Below are positions 38,995-47,919 of a stretch of DNA of 53,764 nucleotides, one piece after another (the first letter of the stretch is position 1; every line of letters starts with the position of its first letter). The position numbers and the translations under genes are program-made. Source of the stretch: Candidatus Rokuibacteriota bacterium (GTDB lineage Bacteria; Methylomirabilota; Methylomirabilia; Rokubacteriales; CSP1-6); NCBI GenBank assembly GCA_005887895.1, contig VBPC01000170.1:1-53764 (forward strand), in the 5' to 3' direction. The notes beneath the pieces are model-generated. The model saw only the letters and a list, made by a program, of their open reading frames with translations. It was not told where the DNA came from and did not search any database.

Positions 38995-40950
38995 GTGCCG
39001 CTCTTCCGGTACTCGCGCTGGGACGGCTCGCAGAAGCTCGATCTCGACGCCGACCAGCTCCTGTCGGCGATGGCCGACGACCTCCTCTACGATGGCGATC
39101 CCTGGCGCGCGCTGCGCCGCCTGATGCAGCAGGGCGCCCGCATGCCGGAGGGCGGCCGGATGCCGGGCCTGCGCGACCTCCTCGAGCGGCTGAAGCGCCA
39201 GCGGCAGGAGCGGCTCGAGCGCTACGACCTCGGCTCCAGCCTGGAGGACATCAAGAAGAAGCTCGACGACGTCGTCCAGACGGAGCGCGAAGGCATCGGG
39301 CAGCGCACGCCCGACGCCGGCCAGCGGGCCCGCCGCGAGCAGAAGCTCGACGCGATTCCGCCCGATCCAGCCGGTCGCCTGCGCGAGCTGCAGAAGTACG
39401 ACTTCGTGAGCCCGGAGGCGAAGGAGAAGTTCGAGGAGCTGCTGAGCTCGCTGCGCCAGCAGATGACCCAGCCCTTCATGCAGGGCCTGCAGAAGGCGCT
39501 CTCGAACATGACGCCCGAGGACCTGCGGCGCATGCGCGAGATGATGCAGGACCTCAATCGCATGCTACGGCAGAAGGCCGCCGGCGAGGAGCCCGACTTC
39601 GAGGCCTTCAAGGCCAAGTGGGGACAGAGCTTCCCCGGTGTCGAGAGCCTCGACCAGCTCATCGAGCAGCTCGGACGCCAGATGGCCGCCATGCAGTCGC
39701 TCATGCAGAGCCTGACCCCGGGCCAGCGGCAGCAGCTCGACGAGATGATGCGCAGCCTCCTGCTGCAGGACGAGCGGCTGGAGGCCCAGATGCGCCAGCT
39801 CGCCATGAACCTGGCCGAGTTCCTGCCGCTGGACGAGATGGCCCAGCGCTATCCGTTCCAGGGCGACCAGGAGATGAACCTGCAGGAAGCCATGCGCCTC
39901 ATGGAAGAGATGCAGCGGCTGGACGAGCTGGAGCGCGAGATCCGCGGCGTGCGCCAGCTCGAGGATCTCGAGCGCGTGAATCCCGAGCGCGTCGAGCAGC
40001 TGCTGGGCCCGGAGGCCCGCGAGGACCTCCAGAAGCTGCAGGAGCTGGCGAAGCAGCTGGAGGACGCCGGCTACCTCGAGCGCGAGGGGGACGAGCTGTC
40101 GCTGACCGCCCGCGCCATCCGCAAGATCGCCGACAAGGCGCTGCGCGACGTCTTCGCGGTCCTCAAGCGCGACCGCGTCGGTGGCCACGCCATGGAGCGC
40201 CGCGGCGCCGGCGGTGACCAGACCGACGAGACGAAGGCCTACGAGTTCGGCGATCCGTTCCTGCTCGACCTCAAGGAGACCGTGATGAACGCGGTGGAGC
40301 GGAGCGGCCCCGGCACGCCGGTCCGCCTCGCTCCCGACGACTTCGAGGTCTATCGCACCGAGCTGCGGACCCAGGCGGCCACCGTCGTCATGCTGGACAT
40401 GAGCCGCTCGATGCTGAACAACGGCTACTTCCTGCCGGCCAAGAAGGTCGCGCTGGCGCTCTCCGCGCTGATCCGGGGTCAGTTCCCGCGCGACGCCCTC
40501 TACATCGTGGGCTTCTCCCTCTACGCGCGGACGTTCACGCCGGAGTCGCTGCCGACGCTGTCGTGGAGCGAGTGGAACATCGGCACCAACATGCACGCCG
40601 GCTTCGCGCTCTCACGCCAGCTCCTGGCCCGCCACAAGGGCGGCACCCGGCAGATCCTCATGGTGACCGACGGCGAGCCGACCGCGCACCTGGAGGCCGG
40701 CGTCGCCGACTTTTCGTACCCGCCGATGCCGCGCACGTTCCAGGAGACGCTCAAGGAGGTCCAGCGCTGCACGCGCGAGGGGATCACGATCAACACGTTC
40801 ATGCTCGAGCGCAGCTCCTACCTCACGCGCTTCGTCGAGGACATGGCGCGCATCAACCACGGCCGCGCCTTCTTCGCCGCCGCCGACCGGCTCGGGGAAT
40901 ACGTGGTGGTCGACTTCGTCCGCTCCCGCCGCCGACTCATCGGCCGCTGA
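38995..40950 (+). CDS. VWA domain-containing protein (Rv0959-like)
   Basis: FRYSRWDG N-terminus, coiled-coil region, MIDAS DMSRS, GTN, VTDGEPTAH. Confidence 0.88.
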   Translation: MPLFRYSRWDGSQKLDLDADQLLSAMADDLLYDGDPWRALRRLMQQGARMPEGGRMPGLRDLLERLKRQRQERLERYDLGSSLEDIKKKLDDVVQTEREGIGQRTPDAGQRARREQKLDAIPPDPAGRLRELQKYDFVSPEAKEKFEELLSSLRQQMTQPFMQGLQKALSNMTPEDLRRMREMMQDLNRMLRQKAAGEEPDFEAFKAKWGQSFPGVESLDQLIEQLGRQMAAMQSLMQSLTPGQRQQLDEMMRSLLLQDERLEAQMRQLAMNLAEFLPLDEMAQRYPFQGDQEMNLQEAMRLMEEMQRLDELEREIRGVRQLEDLERVNPERVEQLLGPEAREDLQKLQELAKQLEDAGYLEREGDELSLTARAIRKIADKALRDVFAVLKRDRVGGHAMERRGAGGDQTDETKAYEFGDPFLLDLKETVMNAVERSGPGTPVRLAPDDFEVYRTELRTQAATVVMLDMSRSMLNNGYFLPAKKVALALSALIRGQFPRDALYIVGFSLYARTFTPESLPTLSWSEWNIGTNMHAGFALSRQLLARHKGGTRQILMVTDGEPTAHLEAGVADFSYPPMPRTFQETLKEVQRCTREGITINTFMLERSSYLTRFVEDMARINHGRAFFAAADRLGEYVVVDFVRSRRRLIGR

Positions 40951-40954
40951 GAAG

Positions 40955-41059
40955 CTCGGAGGGGGGCTTCGCCCCCCATACGTCCTCGGAGGGGGTCTCG
41001 ATGGCCCCCTCCGATACCTCCCCCAGACCAAGGATTGCGCCGGCAAAGCCGGCGCTCGA
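40955..41059 (+). repeat. REP-like repeat, family B (nested hairpins ending in GCGCCGGCAAAGCCGGCGC)
   Basis: CTCGGAGGGGG occurs twice, with hairpins GGGGGGC-TTC-GCCCCCC and GGAGGGGG...CCCCCTCC; the terminal CCGGC-AAA-GCCG stem is shared with family A. Confidence 0.7.
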
Positions 41060-41083
41060 CAGCGCCCGGTCGAAGGGGAGCGG

Positions 41084-41290
41084 CTAGAGCTCGGGGATGG
41101 TATCGGGGCGGTCGGCGATGACCGCAGTGCTGGCCGCTTGGTCCGCGGCCGCGAGGGGGCCGGGCGGCGGTGCGACGGCCGTCGGCCCTGTCACACGTGG
41201 CGCGCCCATGGCGGCCGCGCCCGTCAACGTGATCGACAGCACCAGCCCCAGGCCTCCGACGACGGCGCCCATGGTCTTCCTGGTCACCAT
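41084..41290 (-). CDS. small exported hypothetical protein (68 aa)
   Basis: MVTRKTMGAVVGGLGLVLSITLTGAAAMG signal-like sequence; GAGGAGG RBS; sigma-54 motif upstream. Confidence 0.55.
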   Translation of the reverse strand: MVTRKTMGAVVGGLGLVLSITLTGAAAMGAPRVTGPTAVAPPPGPLAAADQAASTAVIADRPDTIPEL

Positions 41291-41350
41291 GCCCCGGCCC
41301 TCCTCTGTCTTGCGGTGGCTCGGCGAACGATCCATGGCGGCTCGTGCATC

Positions 41351-41365
41351 GCAACGCGGATGCCA
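41351..41365 (-). promoter_or_regulatory. sigma-54 (-24/-12) promoter
   Basis: Minus strand TGGCAT-CCGCG-TTGC matches TGGCAC-N5-TTGC with exact GG-N10-GC spacing. Confidence 0.65.
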
Positions 41366-41561
41366 GACCCACGCCCGTCCGGAGCCTTGGCAACTCGCGC
41401 ACTTGGCGCGGAGGGCCGGCGGCCGTCCGGGCAGCACGGCGTCGAGCCCGGCGGGCGAGCGGGCGTCCTGCCCGCTTCGATTTGACTCGCTCGGTTCCCT
41501 CGTCTAGTGTCGGCTCTACGCGACGTCGCGATTCGCACGCCACCACGACAGAGGAGCGGAC

Positions 41562-42485
41562 ATGGCGGACTTCAAGATCTGGATGAACGGCCGGCTCGTG
41601 CCCCAGGAGCAGGCGGTGCTGCCGGTGAACAGCGCGGCGGTCTTCTACGCGACCAACGTCTTCGAGGGCCTGCGTGCCTACTGGAACGAGCGCGACGGCG
41701 AGATGTACGGCTTCCGCCTGGCCGACCACCTCACCCGGCTGCGCGAGTCGATGAAGATGATGCGCTTCACCGTGCCCTACAGCGACGACGACCTGTTCGA
41801 GGCCGTCCGCACGGTCCTGTCCGGCAACGAGGTGCGCGAGGACGTCCACATGCACCTGGTGGCCTACGTGGCCGCGCCGGGACTCGATGCCACCACGCCG
41901 ACCGGGCTCTACATCAACCCGCGCAAGCGGCCGCGCGTGATGGAAGGCAACGGCCTCAAGTGCTGCGTGTCGTCGTGGACGCGCACGTCGGACAACGCCA
42001 TCCCGATCCGGCTCAAGTCCGGCTCCAACTACCAGAACGGCCGGCTCGCCACCCTGCAGGCCAGGGCCGACGGCTACGATCAGCCGATCTTCCTGAACCG
42101 CCACGGTCAGGTCGCCGAGGGCAGCGGCGCGACGTTCTTCATGGTCCGCAAGGGCCGCATCGTGACGCCGACGACCAGCAGCGACATCCTGGAGTCGATC
42201 ACGCGCACGACGCTGATCGAGTACGTCTGCCCCGAGGTCCTCGGCATGGACGTCGTCGAGCGCAGCATCGACCGCACGGAGCTCTACGTCGCCGAGGAGG
42301 CCTTCTTCTGCGGCAGCGGCTACGAGGTCACGCCGATCCTGTCCATCGACCGCTTCCCGCTCGGCAAGGGCGAGGTCGGCCCGGTGACGAAGCGGATCTC
42401 GTCCGCCTACCTCGACCTCGTCCGCGGCGTCGACCGCAAGCACCCGGAGTGGCGCACCCCGACCTACAAGAAGGTGACGCTCTAG
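41562..42485 (+). CDS. class IV PLP aminotransferase (branched-chain/D-amino acid type)
   Basis: IWMNG, VFEGLRAY, K.GSNY, AEGSG, ILESITR, EEAFFCG. Confidence 0.9.
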   Translation: MADFKIWMNGRLVPQEQAVLPVNSAAVFYATNVFEGLRAYWNERDGEMYGFRLADHLTRLRESMKMMRFTVPYSDDDLFEAVRTVLSGNEVREDVHMHLVAYVAAPGLDATTPTGLYINPRKRPRVMEGNGLKCCVSSWTRTSDNAIPIRLKSGSNYQNGRLATLQARADGYDQPIFLNRHGQVAEGSGATFFMVRKGRIVTPTTSSDILESITRTTLIEYVCPEVLGMDVVERSIDRTELYVAEEAFFCGSGYEVTPILSIDRFPLGKGEVGPVTKRISSAYLDLVRGVDRKHPEWRTPTYKKVTL

Positions 42486-42499
42486 CGCCGCGCCGCTCG

Positions 42500-43507
42500 G
42501 TGCGATTCGACGTCGGCATCGTCAACAACCAGCCGGTGCCCGATGTCGTTCGGCAGGCCCAGCTCGCCGAGTCGCTGGGCTACGAGACGGTGTGGATCAC
42601 CGACTCGCACCTGATCTGCCGCGAGCTGTGGGTGACGCTCACCGCCTGCGCGCTGGCCACGACGCGCGTCAAGCTCGGCCCCGGCGTCACCGTCCCCCAC
42701 ACCCGCCACTGGTCGGTCGCCGCCAGCGCCATCGCGACGCTGGACGAGCTGGCGCCGGGCCGCCTCGTGCTCGGCATCGGCACCGGGGGCAGCAGCGCCG
42801 AGACGATGGGCGTCAGCGTGCAGGGCGCCGCCCGCGTCGCCACGCTGGAGACGATGACGACGTCCATCCGCCGGCTGCTGACCGGCGGCGGCGCGCCGCT
42901 CGAGAGCGGCGTCGAGAGCCGACTGGCCTGGCTCGGAGAGGCACGGAAGATTCCAATCTACGTGGCGGGCTCGGGCCCGCGGATGCTGGAGGCGGCCGGC
43001 CGCCTCGGCGACGGCGCCATCATGTACACCGGCACCGATCCCGCCATCCTCGAGGCCGGGCTGGCGTGCGTCGCGCGCGGCGCCGCGCAGCAGCAGCGCC
43101 GCCTCGCCGATCTCGACGTCGTGCTGTGGACGCCGACCGCGATCGATCGCGACCGCGCCCGCGCGCGCGATCACGTGCGCGGCCGCGTCGCCTCGGCCAT
43201 GCGCCATCCGCTGCCTGTCACGCTGTCGCCGGAGGATCAGGCCGCCGTGCGGCGGCTCCGCGACGCCTACGACTCCTACCAGCACGCCACCGCCGGCTCG
43301 CGCCACCGTGCGCTGGTGCCCGACCGCTTCGTGGACATGCTGGCGCTGGCCGGCACGCCCGACGAGGTCCGCGAGCAGGTGCAGCGCGTGATGAGCGTGC
43401 CGGCGATCGCGCGGATCATCATCCTGCCGCAGAACCCCGGCCAGGGCTTCCTCGAGCGCGAGGCGATCCTGAGAATGTTCGCCGACGAGGTGATGGCGCG
43501 GCTCTGA
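42500..43507 (+). CDS. LLM class oxidoreductase (Mer-like)
   Basis: AESLGYETVWITDSH, LGPGVT, TLDELAPGR..LGIG.G, IPIYVAGSGPRML. Confidence 0.88.
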   Translation: MRFDVGIVNNQPVPDVVRQAQLAESLGYETVWITDSHLICRELWVTLTACALATTRVKLGPGVTVPHTRHWSVAASAIATLDELAPGRLVLGIGTGGSSAETMGVSVQGAARVATLETMTTSIRRLLTGGGAPLESGVESRLAWLGEARKIPIYVAGSGPRMLEAAGRLGDGAIMYTGTDPAILEAGLACVARGAAQQQRRLADLDVVLWTPTAIDRDRARARDHVRGRVASAMRHPLPVTLSPEDQAAVRRLRDAYDSYQHATAGSRHRALVPDRFVDMLALAGTPDEVREQVQRVMSVPAIARIIILPQNPGQGFLEREAILRMFADEVMARL

Positions 43508-43529
43508 GCGGCCGCGCGCGGCTGCGCGA

Positions 43530-44189
43530 TCAGTCGGGACATCGAGCCGCGAGCCAGGCGTGGAAATCGCCGGCGTCGGTGAAGAGCGCGTGGGGTTTCG
43601 TCGCCTCCAGCTCCGCGGCGACGGCGCTCGGCGCCCAGGCGGCGGCGATCGGCAGCACCCCGGCCTCGTGCGCGGCCTGCATGTCGGCCACGGCGTCGCC
43701 GACGTAGACGACGCCGGGCGGCGGCACCCGCCACGTGGCGACCACGCGCGCGATCGCCGCCGCCTTCACGATTCCGGTCGGCGAGCCCGTCTCGATGGCG
43801 TCGAAGACACCGTCGACGCCGAACGCCTTCAGCGACATGAGGGTCGTCGGCGACGACTTGCCGGTCACGAGCGCGGTGGGAATCCGTCGCTCGCGCAGCA
43901 CCCTCAGCGCGTCGGCCACCCCGGGAAAGAGGCCCTCACAGAGGGGAAGGTGTCGCTCGTACTCCTCGAGGTATGCGGTGAAGGCCTCCTGCCAGCGCGC
44001 CGGCAGCGCCCGCTGGAACATGCCGTCCTCGCTCGGCCCGAAGCGCGCGCGGATCTCGGTGTCGGTGTACGACGGGCCGCCGAGCCGCTCGAGCGCGCGC
44101 CGGAAGGTCACGAAGCAGATCGGAATGGTGTCGGCCAGCGTGCCGTCGAGGTCGAAGATGGCCCCGGCGATCCGCGGCGCCCCCGTCAC
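43530..44189 (-). CDS. HAD family hydrolase
   Basis: FDLDGTLADT, VTGK, YVGDA..DM.AA. Confidence 0.9.
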   Translation of the reverse strand: MTGAPRIAGAIFDLDGTLADTIPICFVTFRRALERLGGPSYTDTEIRARFGPSEDGMFQRALPARWQEAFTAYLEEYERHLPLCEGLFPGVADALRVLRERRIPTALVTGKSSPTTLMSLKAFGVDGVFDAIETGSPTGIVKAAAIARVVATWRVPPPGVVYVGDAVADMQAAHEAGVLPIAAAWAPSAVAAELEATKPHALFTDAGDFHAWLAARCPD

Positions 44190-45118
44190 GAGAACTCCAC
44201 CGCGGTCGTATTGCCGCCGCTGATCACCACGCCGACGCGCTCGCCGGCCACCGGCGCGTAGGCGCCGGCGAGCAGCGCGGCCACCCCCGCGGCGCCGCCC
44301 GGCTCCGCGACGACGCGCAGCGACTCCCAGAGCGACGCCTGACCGTCACGGATGGCGTCATCGCTGACCAGCGCCACGCGCTCGACGTGGGCGCGCGCGA
44401 TGGGGAACATGGCCTCGCCGACCCGGCGGGGCGCCAGCGAGTCGGCGGCGATGCCGCCGGCCGGCGCGTCCACCGGGCGGCCGGCGCGGAGCGCCTCGAA
44501 GAGCGTCGGCGCCGCCTCGGGCTCGACACCGATCACCTTCATCCGTCCTGCACACCACGCGGCGATGCCGCCGATCAGACCGCCGCCACCGACGGGGACC
44601 AGCAGCGTGTCGAGGCGCGGTTGCTGGCGCTCGAGCTCGAGCCCCACCGTGGCCTGGCCGAGCAGCGTCTCGAGCTGGTCGAACGCGTGCACCGGCAGCG
44701 CGCCCGACTCGCGGGCCCACGTCTCGCTGGCCGCCAGCGCGTCGGCGTAGCGGTCGCCACCGACGACCAGCCCGGCGCCGTAGCCCCGGATGCGCGCGAT
44801 CTTCGCCGGCGAGGACACGGTGGGCACGAAGATCCGGGCCGGCACGCCGAGCCGCATGGCCGCGTAGGCGACGGCGGCGCCGTGGTTGCCGCCGGATGCG
44901 GCGACGACGCCGGCGGCGGGGAGCGTGCGGAGCAGCAGGTTGGCGAAGGCGCCGCGCGCCTTGAACGAGCCCGAGTGCTGCAGCGACTCGAGCTTCAGCG
45001 TCAGGGGAAACGCGGCCAGCCCGAGGTCGGCGCCGGTGACCTCGACGACCGGGGTCAGCCGCAGGTGCGGGCGGATCGTCTCGTACGTCTTCTCGACGGT
45101 CGCGCGGTCAACCGTCAC
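44186..45118 (-). CDS. threonine/serine dehydratase family PLP enzyme
   Basis: KLE.LQ.SGSFKARGA, ASGGNHG, VGGGGL, EPGGA, ISGGN. Confidence 0.92.
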   Translation of the reverse strand: MTVDRATVEKTYETIRPHLRLTPVVEVTGADLGLAAFPLTLKLESLQHSGSFKARGAFANLLLRTLPAAGVVAASGGNHGAAVAYAAMRLGVPARIFVPTVSSPAKIARIRGYGAGLVVGGDRYADALAASETWARESGALPVHAFDQLETLLGQATVGLELERQQPRLDTLLVPVGGGGLIGGIAAWCAGRMKVIGVEPEAAPTLFEALRAGRPVDAPAGGIAADSLAPRRVGEAMFPIARAHVERVALVSDDAIRDGQASLWESLRVVAEPGGAAGVAALLAGAYAPVAGERVGVVISGGNTTAVEFS

Positions 45119-45128
45119 GGACGCGCGC

Positions 45129-45710
45129 TCAGCCGCGCGGCTTCACCCATGTCTCCGACCAGGCCAGGCAGGCGCTCGAGCCCTGCCGGTCGCCCCGCTG
45201 CTCGGCCCACACCTGGGCGGTGGCGAAGCGACCATTCAGCTCGAGCTGCGCCGAGCGCGCCGGGAAGAACGTGCTGAACACGCCGATGGGCCGCCCGTTG
45301 GTGCCGGGCGCCATGGTCAGCACGAACGGCTCGATCGTGTCCCACCACGTCATCCGGATGCGATCGCTGGCCGAGGTGATCGTCTCGAACGCGCTCGAGC
45401 GCGCGTCGCCGCCGCGCGAGAACTCGGCGCCGATGATCGGCAGGCCGGTGTCGGCGAACTCCGGGAACAGCAGCGCCTCGATGCTCTTCTGCAGCCAGCG
45501 CGCCACCGCCGGGTTGTCGCCGTACACGCGCGCCTTGCCGTCGGTCAGCTCGGATTTCAGGAACAGGGCGTGGCCGCTGCCGGCCGCGCACCACAGCACG
45601 CGCCAGTGGCTGGCGCGGTCGGCCAGGGTCTTGCCGCCGTCGCGGCTGAGCCGGATGAACGAGTTCTCGCCGGTCATGAGGACGTCGTTGGGATCGACGG
45701 GAGAGGCCAT
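45129..45710 (-). CDS. conserved-looking hypothetical protein (193 aa)
   Basis: GGAG RBS, host codon usage, position inside an operon; GEN.FIRL, SHWRV, SACLAWSETW. Confidence 0.75.
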   Translation of the reverse strand: MASPVDPNDVLMTGENSFIRLSRDGGKTLADRASHWRVLWCAAGSGHALFLKSELTDGKARVYGDNPAVARWLQKSIEALLFPEFADTGLPIIGAEFSRGGDARSSAFETITSASDRIRMTWWDTIEPFVLTMAPGTNGRPIGVFSTFFPARSAQLELNGRFATAQVWAEQRGDRQGSSACLAWSETWVKPRG

Positions 45711-45729
45711 CGTGCGCGTGCTCCTGTGC

Positions 45730-47763
45730 TCAGGCGCCGGCGGCCGCGACCTCCACGCGGGCGTCGTTGTAGCAGGCGCCCTCGCAGATGTCGGCGTGGG
45801 TGGCCGGGGCCAGCGCCGAGACGGTTTGTCCGTTGTCGGTGGTACGCATCCAGGCGCCCTTCAGGCTGCACACGACCCCGCGGGGCACCGCGTCGGTGAT
45901 CTTCAGCGGCAGCCGCACCTCGCCGAGGTCGTTCCACACCCGCACCCGCTGGCCGTTGACGAGGCCGCGCGCCCGGGCGTCGTCGGGATGGATCTCGAGC
46001 GGCGGGGTGGCCTCGTCGATCGAGGTGCCGCCGAACGTCGACGTGATGCGCTGGTCGGAGGCCGGCGAGATCAGCGCCAGCGGATAGCGCGAGCCGACCG
46101 GCCGGAACGAGGGCAGCGCCGCCCGGTACTTCTTGTCGAGGTAGGACGAGACCAGCTCGACCTTCCCCGACGGCGTGGCGGGAAAGACGTTCTTGAACAG
46201 GAGGGCGTCCTCGCCGTCGACGGTCATCGCCAGCGCGCGGTCGGTCGGGATCCGGCTGGGCCGCACGCCGCCCAGCCGCGGGTCGGCCGGATCGATGGCG
46301 TCGTCCATCAGCTCGGCGTCGGTCGCCCGGAAGCACGGCTCGGTGTAGCCGAATCGCGCGGCCAGACGGCGGAAGATCTCCGTGTTGGGCAGCGCGTCGC
46401 CCTGGGGCGGGATCACCGGCTCGGCGCGCTGTAGCCAGTGCTGGCCGTAGGCGGCGAAGAGGTCGTCGTGCTCGAAGTGCGAGCAGGCCGGCAGCACGAC
46501 GTCGCAGTAGGCCATGCTGTCGGTCATCGCCACGTCGACGCCGACCGCGAAGAGATCGTCGCGGCCCAGCCCGCGCCGCATCCGGTTCTGGTCGGGATGG
46601 ACGACCAGCGGGTTGTGGTTGTAGATGAAGAGCGCCTTCAGCGGCGGCGCCAGCGTGGCATCGGTCAGGTGCTTGCCGGCGTCCACGATGTTGAGGGTCC
46701 GCGTGCCGGGTGGCACCAGGTCGGGCCGTTGCAGCCGCTGCGGCGTCTTGGAGAACACGTAGCGGGCGCCGTTGACGAGGCCGCCGCCGGCCACCCCGAA
46801 CTTTCCGGCCAGCGCCGGCAGCGCGAAGACCGCCCGGATGCCGCTGCCGCCGTTCTGGTTGCGCTCGAGCCCGTTGCCGACGCTGATCGCCGCCGGCGAC
46901 AGCGTGGCGTACCACTCGGCGAAGCGCGCGATGTCGGCGGCGTCGAGCCCGCACGTCTCGGCGGCGCGCGCCAGCGTCCACGGCCGCGCCAGCGCCATGT
47001 ACTCGTCGAAGCCGGCCACCCAGCGCTCGATGAACGCCCGGTCGAGCGCGCCGCGCCGCTCGAGCTCGGCGGCCAGCGCCCAGCCCAGCACGACGTCGGT
47101 GCCGGGCCGCAGCGGCAGGTGCAGGTCGGCCTGCTCGGCGATCTTGATGCGGCGAGGGTCGACCACGACCAGCTTGCCGCCGGCGCGCCGCACGCGCTGG
47201 ATCAGCGGCGTGATGTGCAGGTTGGACCAGGTGACGTTGTTGCCCCAGGCGACCACGAGCCGCGCCTGCGCGATCTGCTCGGGCCGGATGCCGGGCGCGG
47301 TGCCGAAGGTCCCCAGCCAGGCCTCCGTCCGGATACCGCCGCACAGCGGTCCGCGATCGAGCAGCGTCGCGCCCATGCGATGGAAGAAGCGCAGGTCCAT
47401 CGAGCCACCGGCCAGCAGGCCGTGGGGTCCCGCGTAGTTGAGCGGCATCACCGCCTGTGGGCCGTGCTCGGCGATGATCGCGCTGACCCGCGTGTAGATC
47501 GTGTCGAGCGCCTCGTCCCACGAGATGCGCGCGAAGCGACCGTCGCCCTTGGCCCCGACCCGCTTGAGCGGCGTGCGCAGGCGGCGCTCGCCATGCACGA
47601 ACTCGGGGAACGCGCGCGGCACCTTGGCGCACAGCACGCCGTCGGTGAACGGGTTGGCGCGCGAGCCGCGGATGCCGACGATGCGCGTGTCCTCGACGGT
47701 GACCGTGAGGCTGCAGGTGTCGGGGCAATCGAGGGGGCAGACGCTAGCGTGCTCGGTCTTCAT
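45730..47763 (-). CDS. cytoplasmic molybdopterin (bis-MGD) oxidoreductase with an N-terminal 4Fe-4S site
   Basis: CPLDCPDTC...LCAK, RISWDEAL, VVDPRR, PGTD, DVVLPA, TPSGK, C-terminal molydop-binding domain; no Tat signal. Confidence 0.92.
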   Translation of the reverse strand: MKTEHASVCPLDCPDTCSLTVTVEDTRIVGIRGSRANPFTDGVLCAKVPRAFPEFVHGERRLRTPLKRVGAKGDGRFARISWDEALDTIYTRVSAIIAEHGPQAVMPLNYAGPHGLLAGGSMDLRFFHRMGATLLDRGPLCGGIRTEAWLGTFGTAPGIRPEQIAQARLVVAWGNNVTWSNLHITPLIQRVRRAGGKLVVVDPRRIKIAEQADLHLPLRPGTDVVLGWALAAELERRGALDRAFIERWVAGFDEYMALARPWTLARAAETCGLDAADIARFAEWYATLSPAAISVGNGLERNQNGGSGIRAVFALPALAGKFGVAGGGLVNGARYVFSKTPQRLQRPDLVPPGTRTLNIVDAGKHLTDATLAPPLKALFIYNHNPLVVHPDQNRMRRGLGRDDLFAVGVDVAMTDSMAYCDVVLPACSHFEHDDLFAAYGQHWLQRAEPVIPPQGDALPNTEIFRRLAARFGYTEPCFRATDAELMDDAIDPADPRLGGVRPSRIPTDRALAMTVDGEDALLFKNVFPATPSGKVELVSSYLDKKYRAALPSFRPVGSRYPLALISPASDQRITSTFGGTSIDEATPPLEIHPDDARARGLVNGQRVRVWNDLGEVRLPLKITDAVPRGVVCSLKGAWMRTTDNGQTVSALAPATHADICEGACYNDARVEVAAAGA

Positions 47764-47861
47764 GGCTGATGGGGGGGCCCCGATATGGCCCCCCAAACCC
47801 CCCAACGTTCGAAGCGCCCCGGCCGGGCCGCGGCGCTTCTCTGTCTTTCGGTAGTGTTCAT
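47760..47861 (-). CDS. putative 33-aa uORF spanning a REP-like repeat
   Basis: MNTTERQRSAAARPGRFERWGVWGAISGPPHQP-stop; its TGA overlaps the downstream ATG (ATGA); TTGACG-18nt-CACAGT lies upstream. Confidence 0.4.
   Translation of the reverse strand: MNTTERQRSAAARPGRFERWGVWGAISGPPHQP
47769..47841 (+). repeat. two-hairpin REP-like repeat, family A
   Basis: ATGGGGGGGCCCCGATATGGCCCCCCAAACCCCCCAACGTTCGAAGCGCCCCGGCCGGGCCGCGGCGCTTC. Confidence 0.85.
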
Positions 47862-47919
47862 AGGGCTCGACTGTGCCGCCCCCCACCGGGGCCCGTCAAG
47901 TCGAGGATTGGCTGGGTCC

